Shown in pieces: positions 29,942-39,998 of a stretch of 64,000 bases of DNA (position 1 is the stretch's first letter; every line of letters begins with the position of its first letter). Position numbers and translations under genes: made by a program. A model generated the notes under the pieces. The model searched no databases and had not been told where the DNA came from. It worked only from the letters and a program-made list of their open reading frames with translations. This DNA comes from an uncultured Gammaproteobacteria bacterium. Lineage in GTDB: Bacteria; Pseudomonadota; Gammaproteobacteria; SZUA-229. The DNA lies in contig CAVQDO010000011.1 of the NCBI GenBank assembly GCA_963711255.1, positions 59,051-123,050 of the forward strand, given 5' to 3'.

Positions 29942-30815
29942 ATGAAAAAATATTTCAGCGTATTGTTGTTTTCTATTAGTTCGGCAACGCTCGCGGCAAC
30001 GCCGATAAAAACGGATGTGTCTGCCGGTTATACCTATGATGATAATATCACCCGTGCCGAACTGGACCGGGATATAGAAACCGATAGCATCCTTAATCTT
30101 GATGCTTCGGCGGCTTACAGGCTTCCACTCAACGATATGAGCTACTTCTCTCTAAGTGGCAGCTCTTGAAGTTAACCAGTACCTGGACTTCGACAAGTTA
30201 AGCAACACCCGGCTGGGTATTAGTGGCAGTTATTTTATACGGCCATCTTCAGGTTATACCGCGATGCGCTACTTTGCCAGGTTGTCTTATGAAGAGCGAC
30301 TGTATAAAAGTGATCAGCGTGACGGTTCTGCCATTGAGGTCGAACTCGGTCTCGGTAAGCGGTTGACAGATTTACTGGCAATGCGTCTTGGTTTTATTAA
30401 ACAGGATATCAGTGCTGATTCGGCCGTTTTCGATGCAGACAACAGCCGCTTCTACTTTGATATCGATTATAAACTTTCGGCAAGAAATCTTCTCTACCTG
30501 ACCATCGGATATGCCGACGGTGATATCGTATCAACCACGGTGCCAACAGAGGAAATTATACGGGCATCCAGCGCCATCGTTCGCGATGATGCTTTTCTTG
30601 ATCTTGCGCCGCCGAGGTTTGCCTATAAGCTGGCAGCCGAGACCACGACGCTAAGGTTGGGTGATAATTTCAGTATCGGATCGCATCAGTCGATCGACAT
30701 TTCGCTTCTCTATTACAAATCGGAATCAGATTATTATGATCAGGTTTCGCTAGGTAATATCAATATTGATTACTCGGGACTTATTTATAACCTGAACTAT
30801 TTATACCGTTTTTAA
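29942..30815 (+). CDS. Outer-membrane beta-barrel protein, apparent frameshift at ~30161
   Basis: Signal peptide, YDDNI motif, alternating beta pattern, C-terminal YRF. Two ORFs join if one base is removed. Confidence 0.75.
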
Positions 30816-30907
30816 TTTATTAACATAGCTGTCAGCTTATAACACCTGATAAATGAGCGCGTGTTTAACTAGCCTCACTTTTTGGCCCCTGTTCTGCGAA
30901 CTTAACC

Positions 30908-33295
30908 TTATCCCGTTAACCGTGTCATCGAGCCTTTTGATTTATCGTCAGGAATAATGTTTTCTATGGGCTGAGGTTTTGAAACCCAGTAACCCTGCGC
31001 ATAATTGACACCGATATCGCGTAAAATATTATAGATAGCTTCGTTTTCGACAAATTCAGCAATGGTATGCATGCCCATAACTTCAGCGACTTCATTAATA
31101 GCTTTAACCATGGCCCGGTCAATTTTGTTTTCATGCATTTGTTTAACGAAGGCACCATCAATTTTTAAGTAATCTACCGGTAGACGTTTTAAATATTCAA
31201 ATGAGCTAACGCCAGTACCAAAGTCATCAAGTGAAAATCGGCATTTATAGTTTTTCAGCGTTTCTATAAAGGTAACAGCATGGCTTAAATTATTAACGGC
31301 TGCTGTTTCAGTCACTTCGAAGCATATTCTTGAAGCATCTACTCCGTATTTATTAATTTCATCTATGACAAATTGCAGGAATTCGTCTTCATTTATAGAC
31401 TGACCTGAAAGATTTATCGCAAGCGAGAAATTCTTGTTATCTTTTTTATTAAGCAGATACATTATCGATGAATGAACAACCCAGCGATCAATAGATGACA
31501 TTAGCTGATAGCGTTCTGCTGCAGGTATAAATCGATAGGGAAGGACATACTGTCCTTCCTCGTCTTTCATACGAACAAGGACCTCATAATGTGTACAATC
31601 ATCCTTGTCAGTTGTTGATACTATTGATTGTGCAAATAATTCAAAACGGTCTTCCGAGAGGGCTCTTCTTACGGCGGACACCATGCTCATTTCATCACGG
31701 CGCCTCAGCAGTAATTCATCATTGTCCTGGTAAACATGTACACGGTTACGGCCATCTTCTTTTGCTGCATAACAGGCCATATCTGCTGACGCTAAAACCT
31801 CATCCGCGTTATTTTCATTATGTGATATTTTTGCAAGCCCAATGCTGGCGCCAATATGAAATGATTTTCCTTCCCAGTTAAAACAAAAATCATTGATTAA
31901 TTTTCTGATGTTTTCGGCTACAGTTGTTGCCTGGTCTATTGAGCAGTGTAATAGCAGTACTGCAAATTCATCACCTCCAAGCCGTGCAAATATATCTGAT
32001 TTTCTTAATGTCTGTCTTATTTCATCAGATAACTCTTTGAGTAGCTGATCACCAGCGGCATGTCCGCAGGTATCATTTACAACTTTAAATTGATCAAGAT
32101 CGAGATAACACAATGAATGAATTAGATTGTCTCGTTTTGCGTGCGCCAGCGCCTTTTTTAATTCCCGATCAAATTCTCTTCTGTTGTATAGGCCGGTAAG
32201 GTGATCATGGCTGGCCTGATAAGATAACTCTCTTTGAAGAGATCGTGCTTCACTTGCATCGTGAAGTACCATCACGGCACCAAGCAGATTTTCTTCATTG
32301 TCTGTAATCGGAGCTACAGAAATAGCAACAGGAATTTTTATATTGTCTTTTCTGACCAAAGCGCAATTATTGTCAATGTCTATGGTCTTGTTTTTTGCCA
32401 GGCAAGCGTTAATGGGGTGAGTTATTTTATTTTCATTTTCTTCTTCAGCAAGAGGTGTGATTTCAGAGATTAAATTGAATTGCGCAGATTCCATTGTGTA
32501 TCCGGTTAATGTTGCAGCAATTGGATTTATAAATATAATTTTGCCTGTAGCATCTGTTGTAATGACCCCATCACCAATAGACTGTAAAGTGACCTCGGCA
32601 AACTCTTTCGCACGTATGGATTCGTTCTCTGATATGCGCATCTGTTCCATGGCTTTATTAATAAACCTTGCCAGGTAACCAAACTCATCATTTCTTTCTT
32701 CGTTAAATTCTTCATGCTTTCCTGTGGAAATAGATTGAGCAGTATTCACCATATTTGACATGGGTAAGTTCAAAATACGCTCTAATAAAATTTTCAGAAT
32801 TACACCGAAGCCCAATAGTAGTGCTCCTAGCCCAACGAGTAATTGTTTTCGCTCAACATGAATTATTTCTTCAAAGCTGGGGAAGATGACGTGTAATTTT
32901 ATATTGCTTTGTTTGAATTCACTGCGGTCTATTTCTCTAATAATTTCATTTGTCTGGATAGACTGAAATTTGTTATCGGCATAATTGATTAGTTTACTGT
33001 TTTGCCATAATTCTATTTTTATATTTTCGTCTGTACTGATTATTTGATTGAGTTTTTCAGAAACAGTGTGTTCTGAAAGCTGCGTAGTTGTATTAACGCC
33101 ATTTATAATGTTATCTATTTTATATGCAATACTGTCAGCAGTTGTCTGCCGGCTTTCGAGGGTGTCCTGCTTTATGTGGTGTAATAATATACCGCTGAAA
33201 CTCAGGCCTATAATAACGAGGCCCCAGAAAACAATGACAGTTATTTTAGTCGATAAGCTTGAGCTGGATTCTGTTTCGATAACTTTTGTATCCAT
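30908..33295 (-). CDS. Membrane HAMP-PAS-GGDEF-EAL protein
   Basis: Two TM helices, DEFGYLA (HAMP), TLQSIGDGVITTD (PAS), GGDEF, EVLVRM, DDFGTG. Confidence 0.95.
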   Translation of the reverse strand: MDTKVIETESSSSLSTKITVIVFWGLVIIGLSFSGILLHHIKQDTLESRQTTADSIAYKIDNIINGVNTTTQLSEHTVSEKLNQIISTDENIKIELWQNSKLINYADNKFQSIQTNEIIREIDRSEFKQSNIKLHVIFPSFEEIIHVERKQLLVGLGALLLGFGVILKILLERILNLPMSNMVNTAQSISTGKHEEFNEERNDEFGYLARFINKAMEQMRISENESIRAKEFAEVTLQSIGDGVITTDATGKIIFINPIAATLTGYTMESAQFNLISEITPLAEEENENKITHPINACLAKNKTIDIDNNCALVRKDNIKIPVAISVAPITDNEENLLGAVMVLHDASEARSLQRELSYQASHDHLTGLYNRREFDRELKKALAHAKRDNLIHSLCYLDLDQFKVVNDTCGHAAGDQLLKELSDEIRQTLRKSDIFARLGGDEFAVLLLHCSIDQATTVAENIRKLINDFCFNWEGKSFHIGASIGLAKISHNENNADEVLASADMACYAAKEDGRNRVHVYQDNDELLLRRRDEMSMVSAVRRALSEDRFELFAQSIVSTTDKDDCTHYEVLVRMKDEEGQYVLPYRFIPAAERYQLMSSIDRWVVHSSIMYLLNKKDNKNFSLAINLSGQSINEDEFLQFVIDEINKYGVDASRICFEVTETAAVNNLSHAVTFIETLKNYKCRFSLDDFGTGVSSFEYLKRLPVDYLKIDGAFVKQMHENKIDRAMVKAINEVAEVMGMHTIAEFVENEAIYNILRDIGVNYAQGYWVSKPQPIENIIPDDKSKGSMTRLTG

Positions 33296-33302
33296 TGACT
33301 AT

Positions 33303-33686
33303 TTATCTCAGGCCGCCATATCGAAGTGCGAGAACCATAGGGCAGATACCACTAAAGCCAGCACCTATCAAAGCAAAACCAGTAAACCATGGAAGCCACC
33401 ACAGAAATTCAAGGCCATGAATAAACGGCAATGAGATAAACAGAGCAACGATAAAACGTAAGGCACGTTCTGCTTCAAAAGATAACTTGCTTGTTTTTGA
33501 TTTTATTTCGAGACCCGGATGCTTTGAACCAAAACGAATCTTACAGACGATGAGCGGGACGCGAAAATTTGTAACACCTTCCAAAATAAGTAAGCCTACT
33601 AGTGCGTAAATTATCTCTATGGAATTAAGGTAAAGACCGGTAACCAGCCATAACCCCATGATTATTCTAAAATGACGTTCAGACAT
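33303..33686 (-). CDS. DUF2892/YgaP-like membrane protein (tandem repeat)
   Basis: ERxxR helix twice (SERHFRII, AERALRFI) and C-terminal GFSGICP. Confidence 0.75.
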   Translation of the reverse strand: MSERHFRIIMGLWLVTGLYLNSIEIIYALVGLLILEGVTNFRVPLIVCKIRFGSKHPGLEIKSKTSKLSFEAERALRFIVALFISLPFIHGLEFLWWLPWFTGFALIGAGFSGICPMVLALRYGGLR

Positions 33687-33946
33687 ATTGTATTTGCCTA
33701 TGAAAATGCTGCTTCAGTAAAATAAATTCACGTGAATTTATATGCTCTGTATCGGTAAGTCCTTCATGTTCTTAAGGTGTTTTATGTAAAGCTATGTTTT
33801 TATTTGAAATTTATCTGCAGAATAGTAGGGGAAGTAGCTGTAGCAAACGTAGCAAAAACGGGGTCGGGTCTTGCGTTTTGCCCATATGGGAATACCAGGC
33901 AGACCTATGATAGGAGAAGAGGGCGGGATGTATGTTGTATATTAGA

Positions 33947-34030
33947 ATATTAGAAACAATTGTACCGTGAGTATTGTTGACTAAACAATACGAGGAAATA
34001 CTCTTGGGGTGCTCTCTGATCCATATTTTC
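33947..34030 (+). repeat. Direct repeat A (left of the 34107 gene) with a 49-bp insert
   Basis: atattagaaacaattg[taccgtgagtattgtt...gaggaaatactcttggggtg]ctctctgatcc; similar copy at 35553. Confidence 0.85.
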
Positions 34031-34106
34031 GGCTCTCTGGCCCATGTTTTCCGTCAATTAATAACTATAATCATATGACGATAATCAAACGTAACCCGGG
34101 TAAGTA

Positions 34107-35522
34107 ATGGTTAAGATCAGAGCAAGGTTATATATATTAGGTTTGATGGCGCTGATTGTGTGTAATGCTCAGGCGGACATATCTCCAGTAGTTATACAAA
34201 GTGTTTATAAGATGGGCGATTGGCGTCCCTTGCCCGAAGACAAGATTAAATCGGCAGCAGTTGATTCTGCATTAGCTGAAATTTCCAAAACAAAAATGTT
34301 TGCGTTTTTCACCGCTAAGCAACCTGGAATAGAAACTGGCAGTCTGCAAATTACCGTACATCTTGTTGAGGAGGCGGAAACAGCTACTGTCAGTATTTTT
34401 TTACAACAGGCTAATGGCATCTCCGTATCAAGTACGCACTCAGAGTCGTTAAAATCTCAGCTCTATGATGGAATTTATAAAAGGTTTCAGCTTGCCGGTT
34501 CAACGGCAGGTAAAAAGATTGCCACAATATTAGAATCACGAAAAATTGAACCATCAAATAAAAATATTCCAGGCGCTGATCAGAAACGTATTAATTACCT
34601 GGAAAATCAAATAATCAGTATCAATAACAAAATAATTCAACAATCAGGTAATGATTCCGTAAGGAATGAGGCGAAGCTGGAGTATATTTTAAGCGAGCTT
34701 AAGTCTATTAATAGTAACTACGAGAACTTAGCCAAAAAAGAAGACATTCATAAGCAAAATATCAAGCTTGATAAAGTCCTGGATGAAGTCGGTCAGTTAA
34801 ATACTAAAATTGACAACAAGCCTGTAGCTCAAATTAATGTGAAACAGAATTATGTTATTGAGAACGTTTTAACAGGACAAAATCAATTTGCAAAATCAGG
34901 CAAGTCTGGTCGTGATGAAGGAAAGGCCAGGCGTCTTTATGATCAGGCACAAGAATTTAAACAAAATAAAGAGTATAGAAAAGCGGAAGCTGCGCTTCAA
35001 CAGGCTTTGCCTTTGCAAGTTTCATCTGGTCTCAGTAGTTTAATATTAGATGAATTAAATTATGCCTTACCAATGTTCGAAGCGCAGAGTCTGGCGATTG
35101 ATTTAGGCGGTAATTTCCAGTCATATTCTAAAAAAGGCAAGCATACTGCTATGCTGAATAGAATTACTACGATATACAAAACCGCTTTAAAGAATAATCA
35201 GCAAAACTTCCAACGTACTCGCGCGATTCAAGCTGCGCTTGATCAACACATGACCACCAGCAGCGCAATGTCTGCGGCGATGTCTGCGCAGAGCAGAAGC
35301 AATGCTTATACTGTGCATCAATATATGAAAATGGAGTACATGATGGAAGGTAAGTACCCTAGTGAAAAAGACTTTGGTACCTTGCTAAAGCGTTATAACT
35401 TGCGCTACAAGGTTCTCTCGTATAAATCGAGCACTGATAAATACAGCGCAAAGCTTCAGGCAACAGCTGGTGACGTTATCAATCTCAGTGTTGATGCCGA
35501 CGGTGACGTTACAGTTGATTGA
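34107..35522 (+). CDS. Secreted hypothetical protein with coiled-coil and TPR-like segments
   Basis: Signal peptide (AQA), heptad region, ARRLYDQA...YRKAEAALQQAL. Confidence 0.8.
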   Translation: MVKIRARLYILGLMALIVCNAQADISPVVIQSVYKMGDWRPLPEDKIKSAAVDSALAEISKTKMFAFFTAKQPGIETGSLQITVHLVEEAETATVSIFLQQANGISVSSTHSESLKSQLYDGIYKRFQLAGSTAGKKIATILESRKIEPSNKNIPGADQKRINYLENQIISINNKIIQQSGNDSVRNEAKLEYILSELKSINSNYENLAKKEDIHKQNIKLDKVLDEVGQLNTKIDNKPVAQINVKQNYVIENVLTGQNQFAKSGKSGRDEGKARRLYDQAQEFKQNKEYRKAEAALQQALPLQVSSGLSSLILDELNYALPMFEAQSLAIDLGGNFQSYSKKGKHTAMLNRITTIYKTALKNNQQNFQRTRAIQAALDQHMTTSSAMSAAMSAQSRSNAYTVHQYMKMEYMMEGKYPSEKDFGTLLKRYNLRYKVLSYKSSTDKYSAKLQATAGDVINLSVDADGDVTVD

Positions 35523-35552
35523 GGCATGAAACTCATATAAGTTACATATAGT

Positions 35553-35636
35553 ATATTAGAAACTATTGTGCCGTCAGTATTGTTTAATTAACAATACGAG
35601 GAAATACTCTTGGGGTGCTCTATGACCCGTGTTTTT
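35553..35636 (+). repeat. Direct repeat B (right of the 34107 gene)
   Basis: atattagaaactattg[tgccgtcagtattgtt...gaggaaatactcttggggtg]ctctatgaccc. Confidence 0.85.
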
Positions 35637-35681
35637 CGTCATGCATTGACTGCTTATCCCACATCACTGTTTAAATTTAAC

Positions 35682-35733
35682 GGGGTCAGAGAGCAATAAA
35701 CGCTAATATTAGAAACAATTGCTCTCTGATACC
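35682..35733. repeat. GGGGTCAGAGAGCAAT inverted repeat (insert-free form)
   Basis: ggggtcagagagcaat...atattagaaacaattgctctctgatacc. Confidence 0.8.
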
Positions 35734-36344
35734 TATTTTTGATTACTCTTTCGCTTGCAAAAAAGAAGCGTTAAACCCGATAAAAATAACCAGGCCGTAG
35801 GTGGGATCGGTACAGTTGCCACCGTTTCTATAGAGAATGTGTACAGTTCTTCGCTAAGCAAGATATGAAAATCTACATACATCGAGTCAGTAGTCCATTC
35901 AATGGCAGTGACACTGGGATTTACTTTGAACGTACAATTGCCTGTGCCCAGACATTCGTAGCTATCTAATGTTACGTTGACAATTTCTTGAGGACTGCCA
36001 AGCCAGTCAAGATCATTCAGACTGATCCGAATCATATCGCTTGGGCCAGAGATATTCGCAAACTGTGGCCTGGTTTGTTCAGTAAAACCAATCGTGAAGC
36101 CATTATCGAAAATATCTATGGAAAAATCCCAGATCTGCCCGGCAGGATCTGTCGCCGTAGCCTGAAAATCTATGCCATTACCGATTGCACCTGATCCGAA
36201 GTTATTACTGATGTTGAATGGGGATGCCCCCCCTAGCACTGCCTCAACGTTATCGCCTATCAACGTTGCATTAACCGAGCATGGCAGGGTACCCAACAAG
36301 CATGTAATGACATACAGCTTGCTATTAAATATATTGCGTAACAT
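35733..36344 (-). CDS. VPLPA-CTERM-type exported protein
   Basis: AAGGAG RBS before ATG 36344; signal peptide; ends VPIPPTAWLFLSGLTLLFCKRK. Confidence 0.82.
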   Translation of the reverse strand: MLRNIFNSKLYVITCLLGTLPCSVNATLIGDNVEAVLGGASPFNISNNFGSGAIGNGIDFQATATDPAGQIWDFSIDIFDNGFTIGFTEQTRPQFANISGPSDMIRISLNDLDWLGSPQEIVNVTLDSYECLGTGNCTFKVNPSVTAIEWTTDSMYVDFHILLSEELYTFSIETVATVPIPPTAWLFLSGLTLLFCKRKSNQK

Positions 36345-36370
36345 TTTATATCTCCTTATATAGCCTGAAT

Positions 36371-36448
36371 AAATTAAAGGGGTCGGTGACAAATGATAAT
36401 CAATCACAAAGCTAAACACTTCTTATTTGTCACCGACCCCTTTAATTT
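36371..36448. repeat. Perfect 24-bp inverted repeat (GGGGTC/GACCCC type)
   Basis: aaattaaaggggtcggtgacaaat...atttgtcaccgacccctttaattt. Confidence 0.85.
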
Positions 36449-36809
36449 TTTAATTCTAACATTAATAACAATTGCTCTCTGACTCCTGTTTTTCCCAAAT
36501 GTTTTATGTAACTTAGAACTGCGTCACATATTGAATAAATCAGCACGTGGTACTTCCTATATACTGAATTTGTCAGGAATATTTCGCTGGTTTGTTCTGA
36601 ATACGATCTTGCGTAATATCTGTTAAATAAAGTAAAGAGGATGTGAGCATGAGTACAATGAGCAAAAAAGAGGGATTTGCATGTGATGTGTGGTATGTTC
36701 TTATTGGTTTATCTCCTCTCATTCGTTTTCACCGAAAATCTAGTTTGGTGAGTACAGCAAATTGTTCTCTGCGTATTAGTAACCATCAGTATTGATTAGG
36801 CGGCTAAAA

Positions 36810-39800
36810 ATGAAAAAAATATCTCTCTATATAGTCTTGATAGCTTTTATGTTTTCTGCGCAAGTGCATGCGGCAACATGCAAGGTGGATTATTTCGAAC
36901 TTCAAGAAGTTGAGGTTAGACAGCCAGCCAAAGGTTTGGATGATGCGGGCACAGCAGTGGTATCAGAGGTAATTACCACCCTGGTAACCTTTGGTGCTGG
37001 AAAAATTGCGAGTGCTGGGTTAAAAGGCACTGCGGCCGGAGTCAAGGTTGCTAACTCAAAAGCCTTCGTACTCAGCAAAAAACTTAGATCGAATGAAGTT
37101 TTGAATAAAGCGCTCGGTCAAGCAGTTGCTAATGCTGTAGAGGATACCGCTCTCGAAGACTGGGCTGACCCGGTTGGCTATCTAATCGGTGAGCTCGACG
37201 ACATTTTTAGAACGCCGGATGATCTCATCGTACGAATTGGTGGCCAGCGAGTTTTCAGCGGCGGCGAATATATCTTTGAGATGCCTGCCTTTGTGGAGCC
37301 ATTTGTTCCTATTGATACTAAGAGCTTTACTCAGCAGGCGAGCGTTGGATCTTTCGTTGGTTCGTTTAATCTCCAGTTGATTGAATATGACGGCTTCAGT
37401 GCTAATGATGATCTGGGTACTATTTACGGTCGCGATCAGAACATGTTAACGGACCAGCTGCCGCCTTTGAATGAAGAAGATGTTGAACTTTTTTCGTCTG
37501 CTGAAGACGATAGTCATTACCGAGTGAAGTTTAAGATAATCCCCGGGGCGGGAACACTTGATGACGTTCCAGAGAGATTGTTCTGCAACACAGACGAATG
37601 TCAGGACGCCCGTGAAGCCTTCCCTAATGACGTCTACCTGGATGGATATCCATCTGGCTCAGACCTTAAAGCGTGTCCTGATGGTTATACCGATGCGGGT
37701 GAAACCTATTTAGGCGAGGCGTCCTACGCAGGTACCGGTCCCTGGTATCGGGTTTGTGAGTTACATACCCCCAATTGTGGTCGCCCGTTCACAAGGCTTA
37801 AGGATTTAGGTGGTGTTAGCGCGCTTAATGATGGTGATGTCATTGTACTCAGGGGCAGAACAGGTCATCAGGTCAGTGAAGTTGTAAATCCAGATTTTTG
37901 TGATAATTTAACGGATACCTGTGAGCCGCGCACATTTTCTAAGTATCTTAGTAACTCTAAAAATAATGGTCAGTATCTAGGTGTTTGTAATGATTGCAAT
38001 CCTGCCATTTTGAATCTGCAAAATGCCGGTGCGTATTTTATGGATCGAGACCGTGTCGACGCACAATGGACAGTTAAAAAAATAGGTTCAAAATATGCTT
38101 TGCAGGGCAGTAATGGTAAATATCTTGCTCGATGCTTGAATTGCACCGACAACGGTTATTATGATGCCTTTGTACATGTAGTCGATCCGGATACACCGCT
38201 TGCTCAATTTACAATAGAAGAGAGCCCAACGCCTGAAGGTGATTTCATCTATACGTTAAAATCAGATGATATCGGGCTCTACCTTGATGTTTGTTTGGGA
38301 TGTCGAGACGACTATAAGCTTGGTTACGGATATTCCGGTAGTTTTAATACGCCGGATCCAAATAGTTTCTTCGCCAAATGGTCGATTGGTGTAAAACAAA
38401 AGGATTATGATACCGATGGCGACCTTGTGGTCGATATTGATGATGCCTTCCCAAATGATCCAACGGAGACCAGGGATTCTGATGGTGATGGAGTTGGCGA
38501 CAATGCAGATGCATTCCCTTTTAACCCCGGTGAAAATGCTGACTCCGATGGCGATGGCGTGCCTAATAACGCTGATGCCTGCCCAAATGATCCACTAGAT
38601 ACGATTGATTCTGACGGTGATGGCGTTTGCGATAATGAAGATGCCTTCCCCGATAATTTAAATGAAAGCGCAGATGCCGATGGCGATGGTGTTGGTAATA
38701 ACAGTGACCGTTTCCCATTAGATCCAACAGAGACCAGAGACAGGGATGCGGATGGTGTCGGTGATAATGCCGACCCATTCCCTTATGACTCAGATAACCT
38801 CAGGCATATTGAGGTCGATAATCGCAATGGCTGGGTAATAGATTATGCTGGATTCTCGGAACCGTTTAGCTCCCCGACTCCAGTTGAAGTAGTCAAGCAG
38901 GATTCACCAGTGTACTTCACTTTGACGGGGGGTGTTAGTGGCTCCACTGCTAAAGTAACTTTTACCTACGAAAACCCACTTGATGCCGAAGTGGTCATGT
39001 TCAAGATTCTTTGCTCGGAACTCAATTGCGTTGCTAATGGCATAGCCCCAGAGGACTCGTTTTATATTACTAATAGCAGTGTTATTATCGATGGTAACAA
39101 AATCACCGTTATTTTTCAGGACGGTGAAATCGGCGATGATGATGGTATAGCCAATGGTGTAATCGACAGTCTCAGTCTTTTAGCTCCGTGGGTCCCGGTA
39201 TTACTCTCTGACGGTTTACCTGTAATAGGCTACGATTTCCCCCGGGATTTAGATAATGATGGTGTTATTGATGATGCCGATGCCTACCCTTTCGACCCTG
39301 ACAACACCCGATCTATAAACTTTGATAACAGCAATGGCTGGACGCCTAAAAAGGCAGTATTTGTTCCTATTGGCAGCATCTCTGAGCCACCGCCGGCTGG
39401 CAGTGAACTGACGCGAGGACTGGTTGATATGACACTTATCTCTGCTTTTGTGGGGACGGAAGCGACATTCATCATTACCTATCCTGAGCCGCTTGATACT
39501 GGCATGGTCTGGTGGAAATACGGCCCCACTGCCGAAAATAACGAACCACATTGGTACGTCTTTGATGGTGCTGTCTTTAGCGGCAACACCGTTACACTGA
39601 CGATTAAAGACGGTGGCACTGGAGATGATGATCTAATAGAAAATGGTAGCATTATTGATCCCGGTGGACCGGGGAGTCCAATTGATCCAACTGATTCAAC
39701 TGATTCAACTGATTCGGATACTACACAAACAACAGCAAGCTCTGTCGACAGTGGCGGTTCAATCAGTATCTGGTATTGGTTTGTTCTGATGTTGACTGTG

Positions 39801-39854
39801 ATGGCAAGTCGAACACAAACAAGATTGAGAATAAAATCCTCGTTTAATGCGTAG
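36810..39854 (+). CDS. Large surface protein: fascin/beta-trefoil-like CxxC region, thrombospondin type-3 repeats, choice-of-anchor-U-like domains, GlyGly-CTERM
   Basis: Signal peptide; DSDGDGVGDNADAFP repeats; WWKYGPT...HWY...TLTIKDGGTGDDD...NGSIIDPGGP; SGGSISIWYWFVLML...R tail. Confidence 0.85.
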   Translation: MKKISLYIVLIAFMFSAQVHAATCKVDYFELQEVEVRQPAKGLDDAGTAVVSEVITTLVTFGAGKIASAGLKGTAAGVKVANSKAFVLSKKLRSNEVLNKALGQAVANAVEDTALEDWADPVGYLIGELDDIFRTPDDLIVRIGGQRVFSGGEYIFEMPAFVEPFVPIDTKSFTQQASVGSFVGSFNLQLIEYDGFSANDDLGTIYGRDQNMLTDQLPPLNEEDVELFSSAEDDSHYRVKFKIIPGAGTLDDVPERLFCNTDECQDAREAFPNDVYLDGYPSGSDLKACPDGYTDAGETYLGEASYAGTGPWYRVCELHTPNCGRPFTRLKDLGGVSALNDGDVIVLRGRTGHQVSEVVNPDFCDNLTDTCEPRTFSKYLSNSKNNGQYLGVCNDCNPAILNLQNAGAYFMDRDRVDAQWTVKKIGSKYALQGSNGKYLARCLNCTDNGYYDAFVHVVDPDTPLAQFTIEESPTPEGDFIYTLKSDDIGLYLDVCLGCRDDYKLGYGYSGSFNTPDPNSFFAKWSIGVKQKDYDTDGDLVVDIDDAFPNDPTETRDSDGDGVGDNADAFPFNPGENADSDGDGVPNNADACPNDPLDTIDSDGDGVCDNEDAFPDNLNESADADGDGVGNNSDRFPLDPTETRDRDADGVGDNADPFPYDSDNLRHIEVDNRNGWVIDYAGFSEPFSSPTPVEVVKQDSPVYFTLTGGVSGSTAKVTFTYENPLDAEVVMFKILCSELNCVANGIAPEDSFYITNSSVIIDGNKITVIFQDGEIGDDDGIANGVIDSLSLLAPWVPVLLSDGLPVIGYDFPRDLDNDGVIDDADAYPFDPDNTRSINFDNSNGWTPKKAVFVPIGSISEPPPAGSELTRGLVDMTLISAFVGTEATFIITYPEPLDTGMVWWKYGPTAENNEPHWYVFDGAVFSGNTVTLTIKDGGTGDDDLIENGSIIDPGGPGSPIDPTDSTDSTDSDTTQTTASSVDSGGSISIWYWFVLMLTVMASRTQTRLRIKSSFNA

Positions 39855-39998
39855 AGCAAAGATTGAAACAAACGAACAATCGTGAACAATCGGGGACAGA
39901 CCACGATTTATCCTGGCAGGTTGAATATTTAAGTGTCTATACAAGAATGTGTAGATTTGAGTCGACTTTCTAAGACTGGTTTAACTTATTGAAATGTA

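Noticed and set aside
36649-36795. 48-codon ORF upstream of the large surface-protein gene as a leader peptide
   Set aside because: No informative codon run or attenuator structure; cannot be supported.
39688-39717. 9-bp tandem repeat (caactgatt x3) as a phase-variation tract
   Set aside because: It is in frame and encodes an S/T/D linker before the GlyGly-CTERM anchor, so copy changes would not switch expression.
33856-39909. Integron cassette array
   Set aside because: I found no RYYYAAC...GTTRRRY attC boundaries and no intI, and the genes are in mixed orientation.
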